DNA of 61,776 nt, the filler included, from Pirum gemmata (Eukaryota), in assembly GCA_002812295.1 (NCBI GenBank). It is 18 parts of 18 records of this genome, joined end to end, with 100 filler letters (N's around TTAATTAATTAA, not from the genome) between each part and the next. Parts side by side here need not be neighbours in the genome. Positions count along the whole stretch, not along the records: positions 9,226 to 13,719 come from PDIN01003857.1; positions 13,820 to 16,767 come from PDIN01003858.1; positions 16,868 to 19,815 come from PDIN01003859.1; positions 19,916 to 22,890 come from PDIN01003860.1; positions 22,991 to 25,962 come from PDIN01003861.1; 13 more parts are not named here. The stretch is one strand, 5' to 3'. Of the stretch, positions 13,225 to 25,203 are shown piece after piece. A program made the translations under genes and the position numbers. How positions within the stretch are numbered: the first letter of the stretch is position 1; every line of letters begins with the position of its first letter. The notes under the pieces are model-generated. The model made no database searches, was not told the origin of the DNA, and was given only the letters and a program-made list of their open reading frames with translations.

Positions 13225-13620
13225 ATCATCACCAGCACCATCACCAACACTAATAAACACACACCATCACCATTAGGCCGTCCACTATACCATCACCATC
13301 ATCACCACCAACACCATCATCATCACCATCACCATCACCATCACCATCAGCAATACCTGTTCTCCTCACCAACACCATTACCATCACCATCACCAACACC
13401 AACACCAACACCAACACCAACACCAATACCAACACCAACACTGAACACCAACACCAACACCAACACCATCACCAACACCATCACCATATTCAACATCATC
13501 ATCATCATCTCCTATCATCACCATAATCACCATTATCATCCCTTTTAATTAATCATCACCATCACCATCACCATCACCATTACCATTACCATCACCATTA
13601 CTATCACCATTACCATTATT
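13225..13620. repeat. (CACCAT/CACCAA)n repeats
   Basis: Directly visible. Confidence 0.85.
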
Positions 13621-14972
13621 TTTCATTATATAGAATTATTCAATTTTTTTCAGTTTTTTTGATCGAGCATTATTGTCTCTTATTTTTGAGTCTATTTTTT
13701 TTTTTTTTTATAGAAATTANNNNNNNNNNNNNNNNNNNNNNNNNNNNNNNNNNNNNNNNNNNNTTAATTAATTAANNNNNNNNNNNNNNNNNNNNNNNNN
13801 NNNNNNNNNNNNNNNNNNNGTTTATTGTTTATTGTTTATTGTTTATTGTTTATTGTTTAAATTTATTGTTTATTGTTTATTGTTTATTGTGTTATATTTT
13901 CAATCTATTCATGATAGTGTTTGTGTACATAAAGTGTAGTCTTTTTATTTTTATAATTAACATTTTATTGTGGAAAATTATTTTTGCACTAATAATATTA
14001 ATTAAGCCAACAAAAATAATGCACTTTGGAAAACAATTTGTTGGTGGTGGTTTTATTTATTTTATTTTTCTTTTCTTTTAGTTAGTGTTTTCTAATTGGT
14101 GAAATTGTGCCTTAGCTGTTTATTGTTTATTGTTTATTGTTTATTGTTTATTATTGTTTATTGTTGAAATTCTTGTTTATTGTTTCTTTTTTATTATTTA
14201 TTATTTATTATTTACTAGTTTATTGTTTATTGTTTGGTTGTCGCACCTCTAAAAACTCTCTAAAGCAAAGGTAGAACAACGAGGTCTATATATTAGACTA
14301 ACTATCTCTACTAGCTTTGTGTACGTTTGGGTAACGGCATATATTACTACTTTTGTACATGTGTGTGTGGTGGCCCACACTTTTTTTAGATAAGCAGTGA
14401 TAGTTGCAGTTTTTATTTTGTCTTTTTTTCCCTTTTTTCTTGATCTGGTATTTTATGTTTATGTTGAAGTGTGATATTAATATACATTGACACTTGGAAG
14501 TGACAAAAACTTCATTCAATAAGATTTTTTTTATATTACTATAACTAATAATATAGATTTTTTGTTAATAGTGAACAATCACCACTACCATTAAAATTAG
14601 GGTTAGTGCCTATATTACAATTAGTCTTAAAAAATATTGGAAAATCATTTGTTCCATAATTAACTTTTGTACTCTTTTGTGTAGTTTCGATGGAGAGGAG
14701 AATAATAATAATTAATGATATAAGATAAAATGTAAAAAAAAATACAGCGCACCAAATATCTTCCATTATATTTATTGGTTTATATAATTTTATTTTTGTT
14801 TTTGTATATTTTTTTTTTACTTTTTATTGTAAGTGACGTAATATAATAATAATAATAATTAGTAAAATTTACTACTATTAAAAGTGTATAAAAGGGTATA
14901 TAACCTGTGATCACAATCAAAATAAGATAACATCAGTAAAAAGAAAACACACACACACGCGCGCATAAAAAA

Positions 14973-15984
14973 ATGTTTTTTCTAAATACGTTGACTTTGG
15001 TCGCTTTGGCCTTAAATTTCGTCTGTGGTGCACCTGAACAAAAATTTGATTCACAATGTCCACGTAATCAAATCGTAAGCAATGGTCAATGCGTTTCATG
15101 TCCTAACAATCATGTGATAAGCAATGGTCAATGCGTTTTATGTCCAAACAATCAAGTGATAAGCAATGGTCAATGTGTTTCTTGTCCAAACAATCAAGTT
15201 GTAAGTAATAATCGATGCGCTTCATGTCCTAATAATCAGATTATAAGTAATGGTCAATGCGTTTCATGTCCTAACAATCAAGTTATCAGCAATGGTCAAT
15301 GCGTTTCATGTCTTAATAATCAAGTTGCCAGCAATGGTCATTGCGTTTCATGTCCTAATAATCAAGTTGTCAGCAATGGTCAATGCATTTCATGTCCCAA
15401 TAATCAAGTTGTCAGCAATGGTCAATGCGTTTCATGCCCCAATAATCAAGTTGTCAGCAATGGTCAATGTGTTTCATGTCCTAATAATAAAGTTGTCAGC
15501 AATGGTCAATGCGTTTCGTGTCCAAATAATAAAGTTATCAGCAATGGTCAATGCGTCTCGTGTCCAAACAATCAAGTGGTAATTAATGGTCAATGCGTTT
15601 CATGTCCAAATAATCAAGTGATAATTAATGGTCAATGCGTTTCATGTCCAAATAATCAAGTTGTCAGTAATGGTCAATGTGCTTATAAGTAATGGTCGAT
15701 GCGCTTCATGTCCTAATAATCAGGTTATAAGTAATGGTCGATGCGCTTCATGTCCTAATAATCAGGTTATAAGTAATGGTCAATGCCTTTCATGTCCTAA
15801 TAATCAAGTTGTAAGAAATGGTCAATGCGTTTCATGCCCTAATAATCAAGTTGTAAGAAATGGTCAATGCGTTTCATGTCCTAATAATCAAGTTATCAGT
15901 AATGGTCAATGCGTTTTATGTCCTAATAACCAAGTTGTAAGAAATGGCCAATGCGTTTCATGTCCTAATAATCAAGTTATCAGT
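14973..15984 (+). CDS. secreted Cys-rich protein of 14-aa repeats (SCPNNQVVSNGQCV); ORF stops at 15692, repeats continue out of frame to 15984
   Basis: Hydrophobic signal peptide; 15 in-frame and ~7 further 42-bp units with largely synonymous variation; a 20-nt deletion near 15683 shifts the frame. Confidence 0.8.
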
Positions 15985-16000
15985 AGGGTTAGGGTTAGGG

Positions 16001-16725
16001 TGCTAATGGTGTTTGTCAATTCATAAAGGGTTTTGATAATCACTTTGTTAAGTCTGGAGTTGTTAGTAGCTATTCTGTTGATGTCGTTCTGCAATGATTG
16101 GTAAAGCTGATTGATCTGTGTTGGAACGTATTAGGTATTTATATATGTGTTAACTAGAGTGCTAGTATTTGCTCCCCAGTGTGTGCCATTTATCCATCCA
16201 AGCAGCTATGATACCAAGCATGACATTGTTTTGGGCGGCTAGTTCGGCTTGTTTTTTGCTCATGTAAGCTCCAAAGCCTGTAAGATCATCAGCAAAGAGT
16301 CCTATTGTTGGTACATTAGAAGTTTGTTCAAGCTGTAAAGCCAGATCATTAATGAAGATCCAAAATAAAAGTGGCCCAAGGATGCTCCCTTGTGGGACGC
16401 CTGTTGAGATATTTTGAACTGCGGAGTAAGCATTAATATTGTGGTATCTAGTCTGGTATGATCTCCCTTGTAGATACTGTGTGATCCAATTTACTAAGTA
16501 AACTGGTGTTCCTAGTTTTTTAATTAGTTTTTTATAAATAAGTCCAGCATGCCATATTTTGTCAAATGCGTTTTCGATAGCATGACCAGAAAAATTGTTG
16601 TTGTTTGATTTTTGATTTTTGGTTATTATAATAGTATTATATTATATTGCCCTTCTTGTATTATTCGAAATAAAATGTCTCTTGTTTGCCTTTTTTTTAG
16701 GAATCCAGATTGATTGTCACTGATT
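16001..16725 (-). mobile_element. non-LTR retrotransposon RT remnant (I/Jockey-like)
   Basis: Minus-strand translation gives NQSGF, AFDKIWH, GVPQGSILGPLLFWIFINDL, LFADD; internally deleted. Confidence 0.9.
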
Positions 16726-16867
16726 AATATTAATTATCATTATTATCATTATTAATTATTATTATTANNNNNNNNNNNNNNNNNNNNNNNNNNNNNNNNN
16801 NNNNNNNNNNNTTAATTAATTAANNNNNNNNNNNNNNNNNNNNNNNNNNNNNNNNNNNNNNNNNNNN

Positions 16868-17553
16868 TAGTATTTGCATTTAGGCATCTAAAGTGGTATT
16901 TGAGAGGAACACATTTCCATCTGTATACTGATAATAAATCGTTGACTCATATGCATGAATGTGAGATTGACAAGTCAGCTATTGGTAAATGGTTTGATGT
17001 TATAAGTGAATATAGCTTCCATATAACCCATGTACCTCGTGAAAACAACGAACATGCTGATCTACTATCGAAAGTTTGTTCTGATGCAGTTAATTATAAA
17101 AACATGCAAAGAATCAACTCTAGGCGATGGAACAACCTCGCTAGTCCACAGGATGGCTCGATTGATAGTAATGATGTAAATAGTAATGATAATAATAATA
17201 AAAAAAATCTTACTAATATAAAATGCGTAAATTGTGCAGTAAACTTGGTAAAAAGAAATAATACTGTTACACCAGCGCTCAACAAGAAAGAAATAGAAAA
17301 AATAAATAAAATAAATAATTTAAATAATAATAATAATAAATTTTATCTCAATACTGTTGTAACTACAAATGATTGTGAGCTTGCAGATTCAAATCGTTTA
17401 TCGGTTCGATTAGTACAACAAGTAAGTGCAGTCAGAAACAAGTACTACAAAAGTACATATGACTGGAAGCTTCGATCAGACTTGTTTGAAATAGCTGATC
17501 AGCTTTATGGGACCCATACAGTAGAGATACTATTTAGCCGACAACAGTAATAG
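16868..17553 (+). mobile_element. Ty3/gypsy-type RNase H fragment followed by a DIRS-like methyltransferase motif
   Basis: VFAFRHLKWYLRGTHFHLYTDNKSL...KW...SEYSFHITHVP...NEHADLLSK, then YDWKLRSDLFEIADQLYGTHTVE(I)LF. Confidence 0.8.
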
Positions 17554-17927
17554 TAATAGTAATAGTAATAGTAATAATAAGTAATAGTAATAGTCCACTT
17601 ATACATAAATAAATACACTTATTATTTAATAACTTTTGTATTGTTGTATTGTTGTATTGTTGTATTGTTGTATTGTTGTATTAATTGTTGTATTGTTGTA
17701 TTGTTGCATCGTTGTATTGTTGTATTGTTGTATTGTACATGTTGTATCATATTTTTGTAGTTACAATAGCTAGCTAGCTAGCGCTAGTTAGGAAACCAGT
17801 TGAAAATGTTGTGAGAGACAAAATCAGTTATTTATAATTTGTTTTTATTCATTTTCTAGCCCAATTATCTTTGTTGAAACCCTCCAAAAAATTTGGATTC
17901 CTACCAGCTACTAGCTATGCTAGCTAA

Positions 17928-18159
17928 GTAGGGGTGAGATGACCTCATTTTGTTATTACCGAACAGCTGCCGGAACTTTTCCGATTTTTATGGTTTTTAT
18001 TACTATTAATGTAAATATTATTACTTTAATTGGTAACTACTATAATTAGTTATACTATTTTAAGCTATTTAACTGCTATTATTAGTAAGGAACATGGAAC
18101 TAAGGTTGGCTCGATAAGCATCTGTTCGAAAAAAGTTCCAGTAGATATCTCACCCCTGC
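17928..18159 (+). mobile_element. MITE family C
   Basis: Near-identical to 195-425. Confidence 0.85.
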
Positions 18160-18290
18160 TGCTAGCTAGTTCAACTCTAGTAGCTAGTTCAGCTACTACA
18201 GCCAGCTACTGAGCCTCAGCTAGCTACTAGAAGGCCGCTACTAGCTAGTCCTAGCTACTAGAGGTAGTCCGACACCGCTGAGGTTCCCTC

Positions 18291-18490
18291 TATTGTCTAT
18301 TTCATTACAGTTGTTCTCTCAATCTTTAATTTGGTACTTTTTAAGTATATAATTGAACTCTTTTATAAAATGAAACATTAAGTATCAAATACCAGATTAA
18401 TCAAAACATGTCCGATAGTTTAACCATAATAATAATTTGGTAAGTTTATTTCAGTTTTTGAACTGGACAACACTATTGAAAAACACGATA
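18291..18490 (+). mobile_element. MITE family E (~200 bp; TIR TATYGYSTWTTTCA, related to family A)
   Basis: TATTGTCTATTTCA...TGAAAAACACGATA; partial copies near 9292, 26237, 26680, 38700, 41287, 45120, 54165 and 56530. Confidence 0.8.
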
Positions 18491-18872
18491 CCTACTAGCT
18501 AGCTAGCTAGCTGGCAGATTTCCTATCGTACACATGTACAGAAGACCCTACTAAACTCCTTCCTACTAATGTTATGATATCAGATAGTAGCTATCGGATA
18601 GACTCAGTACTTGTTAGTGTATCATAATCTATAATCTACATGACATGATATCATAGTTGTATCGATATCATAAACCTACTCCTATGATCCGATACTATAC
18701 CTAGCGCTGACTAGTCCTATCATACTAGCTATGCTCTAGTAGCTAGTAGTGACTCTGGCTTGGTATGGTTTTCGAATCAGAACTTTTCCCAGCAAGTCTC
18801 AATCGAACTATGTTTTATAATAAATAAAAGCTGTTGAACCCGTGAACGCATTTATAAACTTTCTACAGTAAG

Positions 18873-18982
18873 GGAACATTCATAAAGAACGTCACTTATT
18901 CTTTGATAGAAGCCATTGCTCGAAAGTGTGACTTTTAAACTGTTTTAGGCAGTAATTAATTATTAAAAAATGAACTTTAAAA
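18873..18982 (-). repeat. dispersed repeat family G
   Basis: Reverse complement of 26086-26170 and 46085-46195 (AAAGTTCATTTTAATAATTAATTACTGCCTAAAACAG). Confidence 0.75.
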
Positions 18983-19573
18983 TTATGACCAAAAGCGTTT
19001 TGGAAAAAGAGGTAGGTAAGATTAGGAAAATGTTATTTATAATAAATTATGTTTATTAGTCTGTCTATATTTGAAATTTTGACCAGATCTCCTCTACCAC
19101 TCTAAATTGCATTTTTTATTTATAGGCACTATAAAAGGGCTCGATAAAAGGGGCGGAAAACGTCATAAAAATCACATTTTTGCTTTTTCTGTCAGAGCTC
19201 TTCAATAGACTACAGCCTAGCTAGCTAGCTAGCAAGTAGCCATTGGTAAATAATAGTTTTTTATTTGTTTTCAGTTTATTTATTTAGTCTATTTATTTAT
19301 TTATTTTCTAGAATTTACTTTTTTTTTCTTTTTTTGGAGTCAGGAAATCTTTTTTTAGACTTCTTTTCTAAAATCTTTAATGCTAACTAGCCAAATTATT
19401 TTTGAAAACTGGGCATTGGTAGTGCATTGGTTCATAAATAGAGTTTTATTAGTTAACCTATTTCTCAAATTTTGGTAGTACTTTCATTTTTTAAAAAAAA
19501 TTGGAGCATTTTGAGATTTTTTGGATTTTTGAGCCCATTTGGCGAATGTAATTTTATCTAGTCTATATGCATT

Positions 19574-19634
<61 letters not shown>

Positions 19635-19915
19635 AGTATTTTCCTACGAGGAGTATTTTCATGGCCCTTAGATTTACAACTATAGAAAGGTGGACCTTAG
19701 GTGGTTGAAATTACTTTTTCACGGCCACCTAAAGTGGCCGTAAATTTTTTCTGAAAAAAAAACTGAGAAAAAAGAAAAAAAACCAAGGATATCAAAATTG
19801 AAGTTCAAAATTCAANNNNNNNNNNNNNNNNNNNNNNNNNNNNNNNNNNNNNNNNNNNNTTAATTAATTAANNNNNNNNNNNNNNNNNNNNNNNNNNNNN
19901 NNNNNNNNNNNNNNN

Positions 19916-20143
19916 AGAACTCAAAAAAAAAAATTTACTCACAGGCCAGAACCCAATCCTTTTTTTTTACCCGTAGGCCAGAACTCAAAAAAAATAAAAT
20001 GCCCATGGGCCAGAACTCAAAAAAAATTTTTTGCTCACAGGCCAGAACTCAAAAAAAAATTTTTACTCACAGGCCAGAACTCAGAAAAAATTTTTACTCA
20101 CAGGCCAGAACTCAAAAACACAAATTTACTCACAGGCCAGAAG
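19916..20143. repeat. ~31-bp minisatellite (AGGCCAGAACTCAAAAAAAAAATTTACTCAC), ~7 units
   Basis: Head-to-tail tandem units. Confidence 0.9.
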
Positions 20144-21756
20144 TAAAACTTTTTTAGTCATATAATATGTAAACTATTTTACCGGGGAACATACTGAAAA
20201 CACGCTTTATGCAGTTTTTATCCTCGGAAAATTTTCGGAGGACATTTTTATGTTTCGGATTTGTTAATTAAAAAAAAATTTAATAGTATTTTAATAGTCA
20301 ATATGCCTAACTCGAAAAAATTTAAACCATCCCATTGTATTTTGTCCTCGAAAAAAATTGCGAGGTGTGAAAAAAATCCAAAACGCCAAAACGCCAAAAA
20401 AAAAAAGATACCCTTATTTGAAATATAACCATAAGGTTTCCAGTGTGTCCCTTAGCAAAAAGTTATCACTTTTTTTTTTTTTGGTATTGTAGATTTTTTC
20501 CAGTTGATATGTTAATGATTTTGAATTTCAAGGGATCAATTTTATATTCCCACTTTTCATCGTTTTTTTGTTGTAAGAATCATAAATAGAATGTGTTAAG
20601 TTCAGTTAAAAAATTTAGTCTAAATTTATAATATCTGTTCTGAAATAAAATTTACTTACGATGATTAACTAACTATAGAACGTTTGAAAAAACTTTTTTT
20701 AAAAGTTACTTTATTATTATTATTCAATTCCTGTTTACGTTACGTTTTTGTTTTGTGTACAACATATACAATAAGTGTTATTTCAATTTAACCAGTCTTA
20801 CTAAAACGAGGCAATGCAAGTTATTTGGTATCTGTGTGTTTTAATCACTCAATGCAGTGGTTTTAAGTGTTACTTTTATCACTTTTCCACTTTTCTCTCG
20901 TTAGTCCCCCTTTAAACAAAGAAAACTGCAGTAAAAAATATGTTAGGGGGAGGAAGGTATCTATACTTGCAAACATGTAAATGAACAAACAGTCAGTTTC
21001 TTCATGCACATCCACTACGAAAGCCAACCAAAAAGAAAAAGCAATGTATGTAATTGTTTTTAAGGTGAATTAATTGACCTATCCTTGCACATAGTATGTA
21101 AATGAACAAATAGTCTCAGCTTTTCTTATGCATCTACTACAAAATCCAACTAAAAAAACAAAATACAAACAAAAATATGTAAACTGCTTTTTTAAGTGAA
21201 TTAATTGACCAATGAAAAAAAAGAAAAAAAAGTGGCATCCTTTTTTTTTTACCATTTAATCATATCAGGAATTTTAAAAATGACACCATATTTACGCTAT
21301 TGTCATTGTTGCACTTCTGAGCACGATGGTATTTCTTGTTCTTCTTCGGCAAGAAGCAGCTGACATTCAAATATCAGCGTTTTATTGAAGCACTTGGCTT
21401 GAGCCTTTTATTGAAGCTCTCTTCTCTACTTGCTACTGCAGGTATTATTTTAACATCAGATTTTTGTTTCAGGGGCGTAAAATTCTTTGCATCTCACTTT
21501 CGGGTTAGGTTACGTGTTCGTGTTCTTGGTATTTTTTGTGCATATATATTGTGTGGATGTTGTAGTGGATGTGAGTGCGTGGGAGCGTGGGTACAAGAAA
21601 GATACATAATATCATTTTGATATATTCTCGTTTGCTACTTTTTGTAATATGAACTTTCTTTCTGATATTGTATTTTTAAAAGTTTAAATTTGTAATTATG
21701 AAATTATGACAATTAAGAATCAACCATTACAAAAAAAAAAAAAAGGATTTTTTTTG

Positions 21757-22850
21757 TTATGATTGTGATGCTGACGCTGAATTGGATACTGATGCTGGTG
21801 CTGGTGCTGGTGCTGGTGCTGGTGTGGATTTTGGTTTCATAGGAGTGTTCATTAACACGTCAATCTTTTCATCCCACTCTTCATTAAATATTTCAACATA
21901 TTCCTGACTTTGTTCTTCTGTTCTAGTATCTTCTGGTAATGCTGAATCCAACCCTATTTGGATTATTTGCAACTCTTCCAAATGTTTTTTCATCTACGTT
22001 TCCCAAATTTTGGTTTCATAACAAAAAGAAGTTAAGATGAAATTTAAAGTAATTACAAGACAAAAAAAAAAAAAAAAAAAAAATAAAAAAAAAAAAAAAA
22101 TCAAAAAAAAAAAAATAAAAATTTGTTAAAAAAATACCATAAACTTTTGTTCTCTCAGAGACTCTGCTGTTGTTTTTTCTGGCATATCTATTGAAACTTG
22201 AATCATCTTCACCATACCTATATTTAATCAACAGTTAATCGAAATATCCAATAATAATACATGTCAATGCCAAATATTACTAACCTTGTTATTACTTTCT
22301 AGTTAAATTAAAATAATAAAAAGACTCACAAACCAAAAATAATCTCTTTAATTTAAAAAAAGTCTAATTTCAAATACTATAAACTGCCAAACAAATGAGC
22401 AGAGTGACAAAACAAATGAATATATTCATGTATAAATATATACCATCACAGATCTTCTTTGTTTGTTGTGCCCGCTCCATATAATTTTTCCATTTTTTCA
22501 TGTCTTTCTTTGATGGACCTGTATAATTCCCAAAGTAAGTAAATGTTAAAAGGCAATCAACACATAATATTAGAATTCATAATAATAATATGAACATGTT
22601 AATAGGTTTAGAAGTATATATGTACCTTCTTTACTTCCCAATATAGATCCCAAAAGTTTCTTTTTCTTCTCCTTTTCCCTAATCGACATTTTTGGACTCT
22701 GTGTTTTTGCTTTGGAATATGGCGAAACAAATTTTTTTGGCCCTTCATCGGGGGGTGCAGTTTTTCTTTCTTCCACACGATTAATTGCATCTTCATCAAC
22801 TTCCACCATATTAAACAAGTCTGGTGAATTTCCCTCGGTTTTCATTTTTC
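21757..22850 (-). CDS. 3' part of unknown multi-exon gene (exons 22850-22626, 22518-22444, 22217-22138, 21993-21757)
   Basis: Three GT-AG introns with compatible phases give an open frame ...LGSKEG PSKKDMKKW...ICDG MVKMIQVSIDMPEK...KFM MKKHLEEL...SQS*. Confidence 0.65.
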
Positions 22851-23165
22851 CTTATAAATAAAATAAATAAAAATAAATAAAAATAAATAANNNNNNNNNN
22901 NNNNNNNNNNNNNNNNNNNNNNNNNNNNNNNNNNTTAATTAATTAANNNNNNNNNNNNNNNNNNNNNNNNNNNNNNNNNNNNNNNNNNNNAAAAACCAAA
23001 AACCAAAAACCAAAAAAAACCAAAAAAAAAAAAAAATAAAACAAAAATCGAAAAACAAAAAGTTTCCTAAAAAAGTTTCCATATTTGGAACATTTTGTAG
23101 TTAACAAATAAGGTATGTTTTATTTTTACTCCAATCATCCCACGCAGGGCAACAACCACTGATAG

Positions 23166-24187
23166 GCTTCTCTCAATTCTGCTCTTTTTTAAAAATCGAG
23201 TTTTCAAGCCTATATGTTAATTAAATAAGTTCGAAATTTTGAACTTACAATTAAGTATTCAAATATATTTATTTATTTATCAACCCGAAAAAAATGGGAA
23301 AAATAATTTTCAAACAGACCTGAATTTTGGCTTTTTTTTTTTGACAGCAGAAAATCGAGTTTTCGGGCTCGAGCAGAGAGTTCAAATACTACATAACACC
23401 AATTTCCAGTCAAATACAGCTTCAAATACCCTAACAGGAGGGATGAGATGACGTCATCTTACCAATTGCGAACTTCCAGAAATTTCCTAAAGTTACTATA
23501 AATAGTATAATAAACTCTTTTTAAAGTAACTACTTAAATAGATAGTTACTAAATAAATAATTACAAATACTAAATATGGTNTATGACAAATATACCCTTC
23601 TAGATTCAATTCCATGTTCAGATTTTTCCATCTTCAGATTTTTTACCTGTTGTACGATAACTTGTAATTTGGGGAGGTGGCCGGGAGATTGGGAAAAACA
23701 TCGAATCGAGATTAATTCGAAACTTTCAAAATGCTTCAATCTAGTTTTTTAGTGTTTGCTCAACTTAGAAAAAACTTGAAACTCGAAAAAAAAAAATATC
23801 ATTTCAAAATTGACAATATTTAATTATTAGAATCGAGCTATTTGATTCGATTATGTTTTCCCGTATCTCCCAGTTTTCTCTTCCAGTTTCCAGGTACTAC
23901 GTAACGCCAAATACAACTTCAAATACCCCTACCTACCTACCCCTCGACGTTAATTTCCGGTCAAATAGCACCTAGTTTCTACTGTTTCCCTCTTCCATCT
24001 TGCGCTTTTCAGTTGTTTTGTCATCATAAAATAAACAATAAATAGTACCAAATTAATACAACACTAATCCATTTCATTTTATTTGGTATGTTTTATTATT
24101 TATTTATTCATTTAAAAAAGTCAATTTAAATATTATAACCAACCAAATAAATATTTTGGAGTGACAAAATAATTGAAAAGCACAATA
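23166..24187. mobile_element. cluster of abutting MITEs (F 23166-23385, B fragments, C-like end at 23435, D 23684-23870, B 23894-23975, A 23999-24187)
   Basis: Each segment matches dispersed copies elsewhere in the window. Confidence 0.75.
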
Positions 24188-25038
24188 GACCTAATAGTCA
24201 GAGAGAGTCCTTGTAGCAAAATTTTTTAAAAGCTATGATAACAGTTTTTTAAAAGTATTCGAGTTATATTTATTTATTTATAAACCAGCCCGAAAAATTA
24301 ATTAAAACATGTCTGACAGTTTAACCATAAACAACAACAACAACAACAACTTCTACCCCTACTACCACTACCACTACTACCATTAGTACTACTACCACTA
24401 CCCCTACTACCACTACCACTAGTCAGACTACTACTATAGCTAGTACCACTACTAGTACTAGCTAATTAGTACTATCAATACTACTACTGCTAGAACTACT
24501 ACTACTAGAACTACTACTACTATAATTATTACTACCTATATACATTACTTCTAATATAATAGCGATTATTAGAATTGCAACACTAACTAGCTAGCTATAG
24601 CTAACAGTAGCTATTGTCATCCACCACCTTTACCACCACCACGACTACCATTACTACTAGTACTACTGATACAACAACTACTACTACTACTATAGCTGCT
24701 ACTATTACTACTACTACCACCTTTACCACCACCACGACTATCATTACTACTACTACTATAGCTACTACTACTACTACTACTACTACTATTGCTACTAGTA
24801 CTACTACTACTATAACTACTACTACCGACACTACTATAGCTACCCCCATCCTCACCACCCCCACCACCCCACCATCACCACCACTACTACTATTAATATT
24901 ATTTATTATACTGTAACTTTAAATTAAACGACAAGTTTTAAATTTTAATGTATGATAACTATACTCTCTCCCTCAACCCCCCACCCCCAAATAAATAAAC
25001 AACAATTTTAATGTAAATATTTTTATTTTATCCATTAG

Positions 25039-25203
25039 CAGATACGGAAAAACATAATCGAATCAAACAGCTCGGACCAAATTATTAAATAGCAACAATG
25101 CATATTCTTTTTTTTTTCGAGTTTCACAAAATGAGTCAAGTTAGATCGAAAAATTTCGAAAATTTCGAACTAGATTCGATTCGATGGGTTTTCCCGCATC
25201 TCC
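25039..25203 (+). mobile_element. MITE family D
   Basis: AGATACGGAAAA...TTTTCCCGCATCTCC. Confidence 0.8.

Noticed and set aside
19721..19741. Hairpin ACGGCCAC-N5-GTGGCCGT as a Helitron 3' end or terminator
   Set aside because: No CTRR terminus follows, and there is no second copy.
19916..20143. CRISPR-like array
   Set aside because: Inter-repeat segments are homologous to each other, the period is ~31 bp, there are no cas genes and the context is eukaryotic.
22285..22298. 14-nt microexon (TAG|AAAGTAATAACAAG|GTTAGT, minus strand)
   Set aside because: Inclusion shifts the frame to an immediate stop; the flanking exons join cleanly without it.
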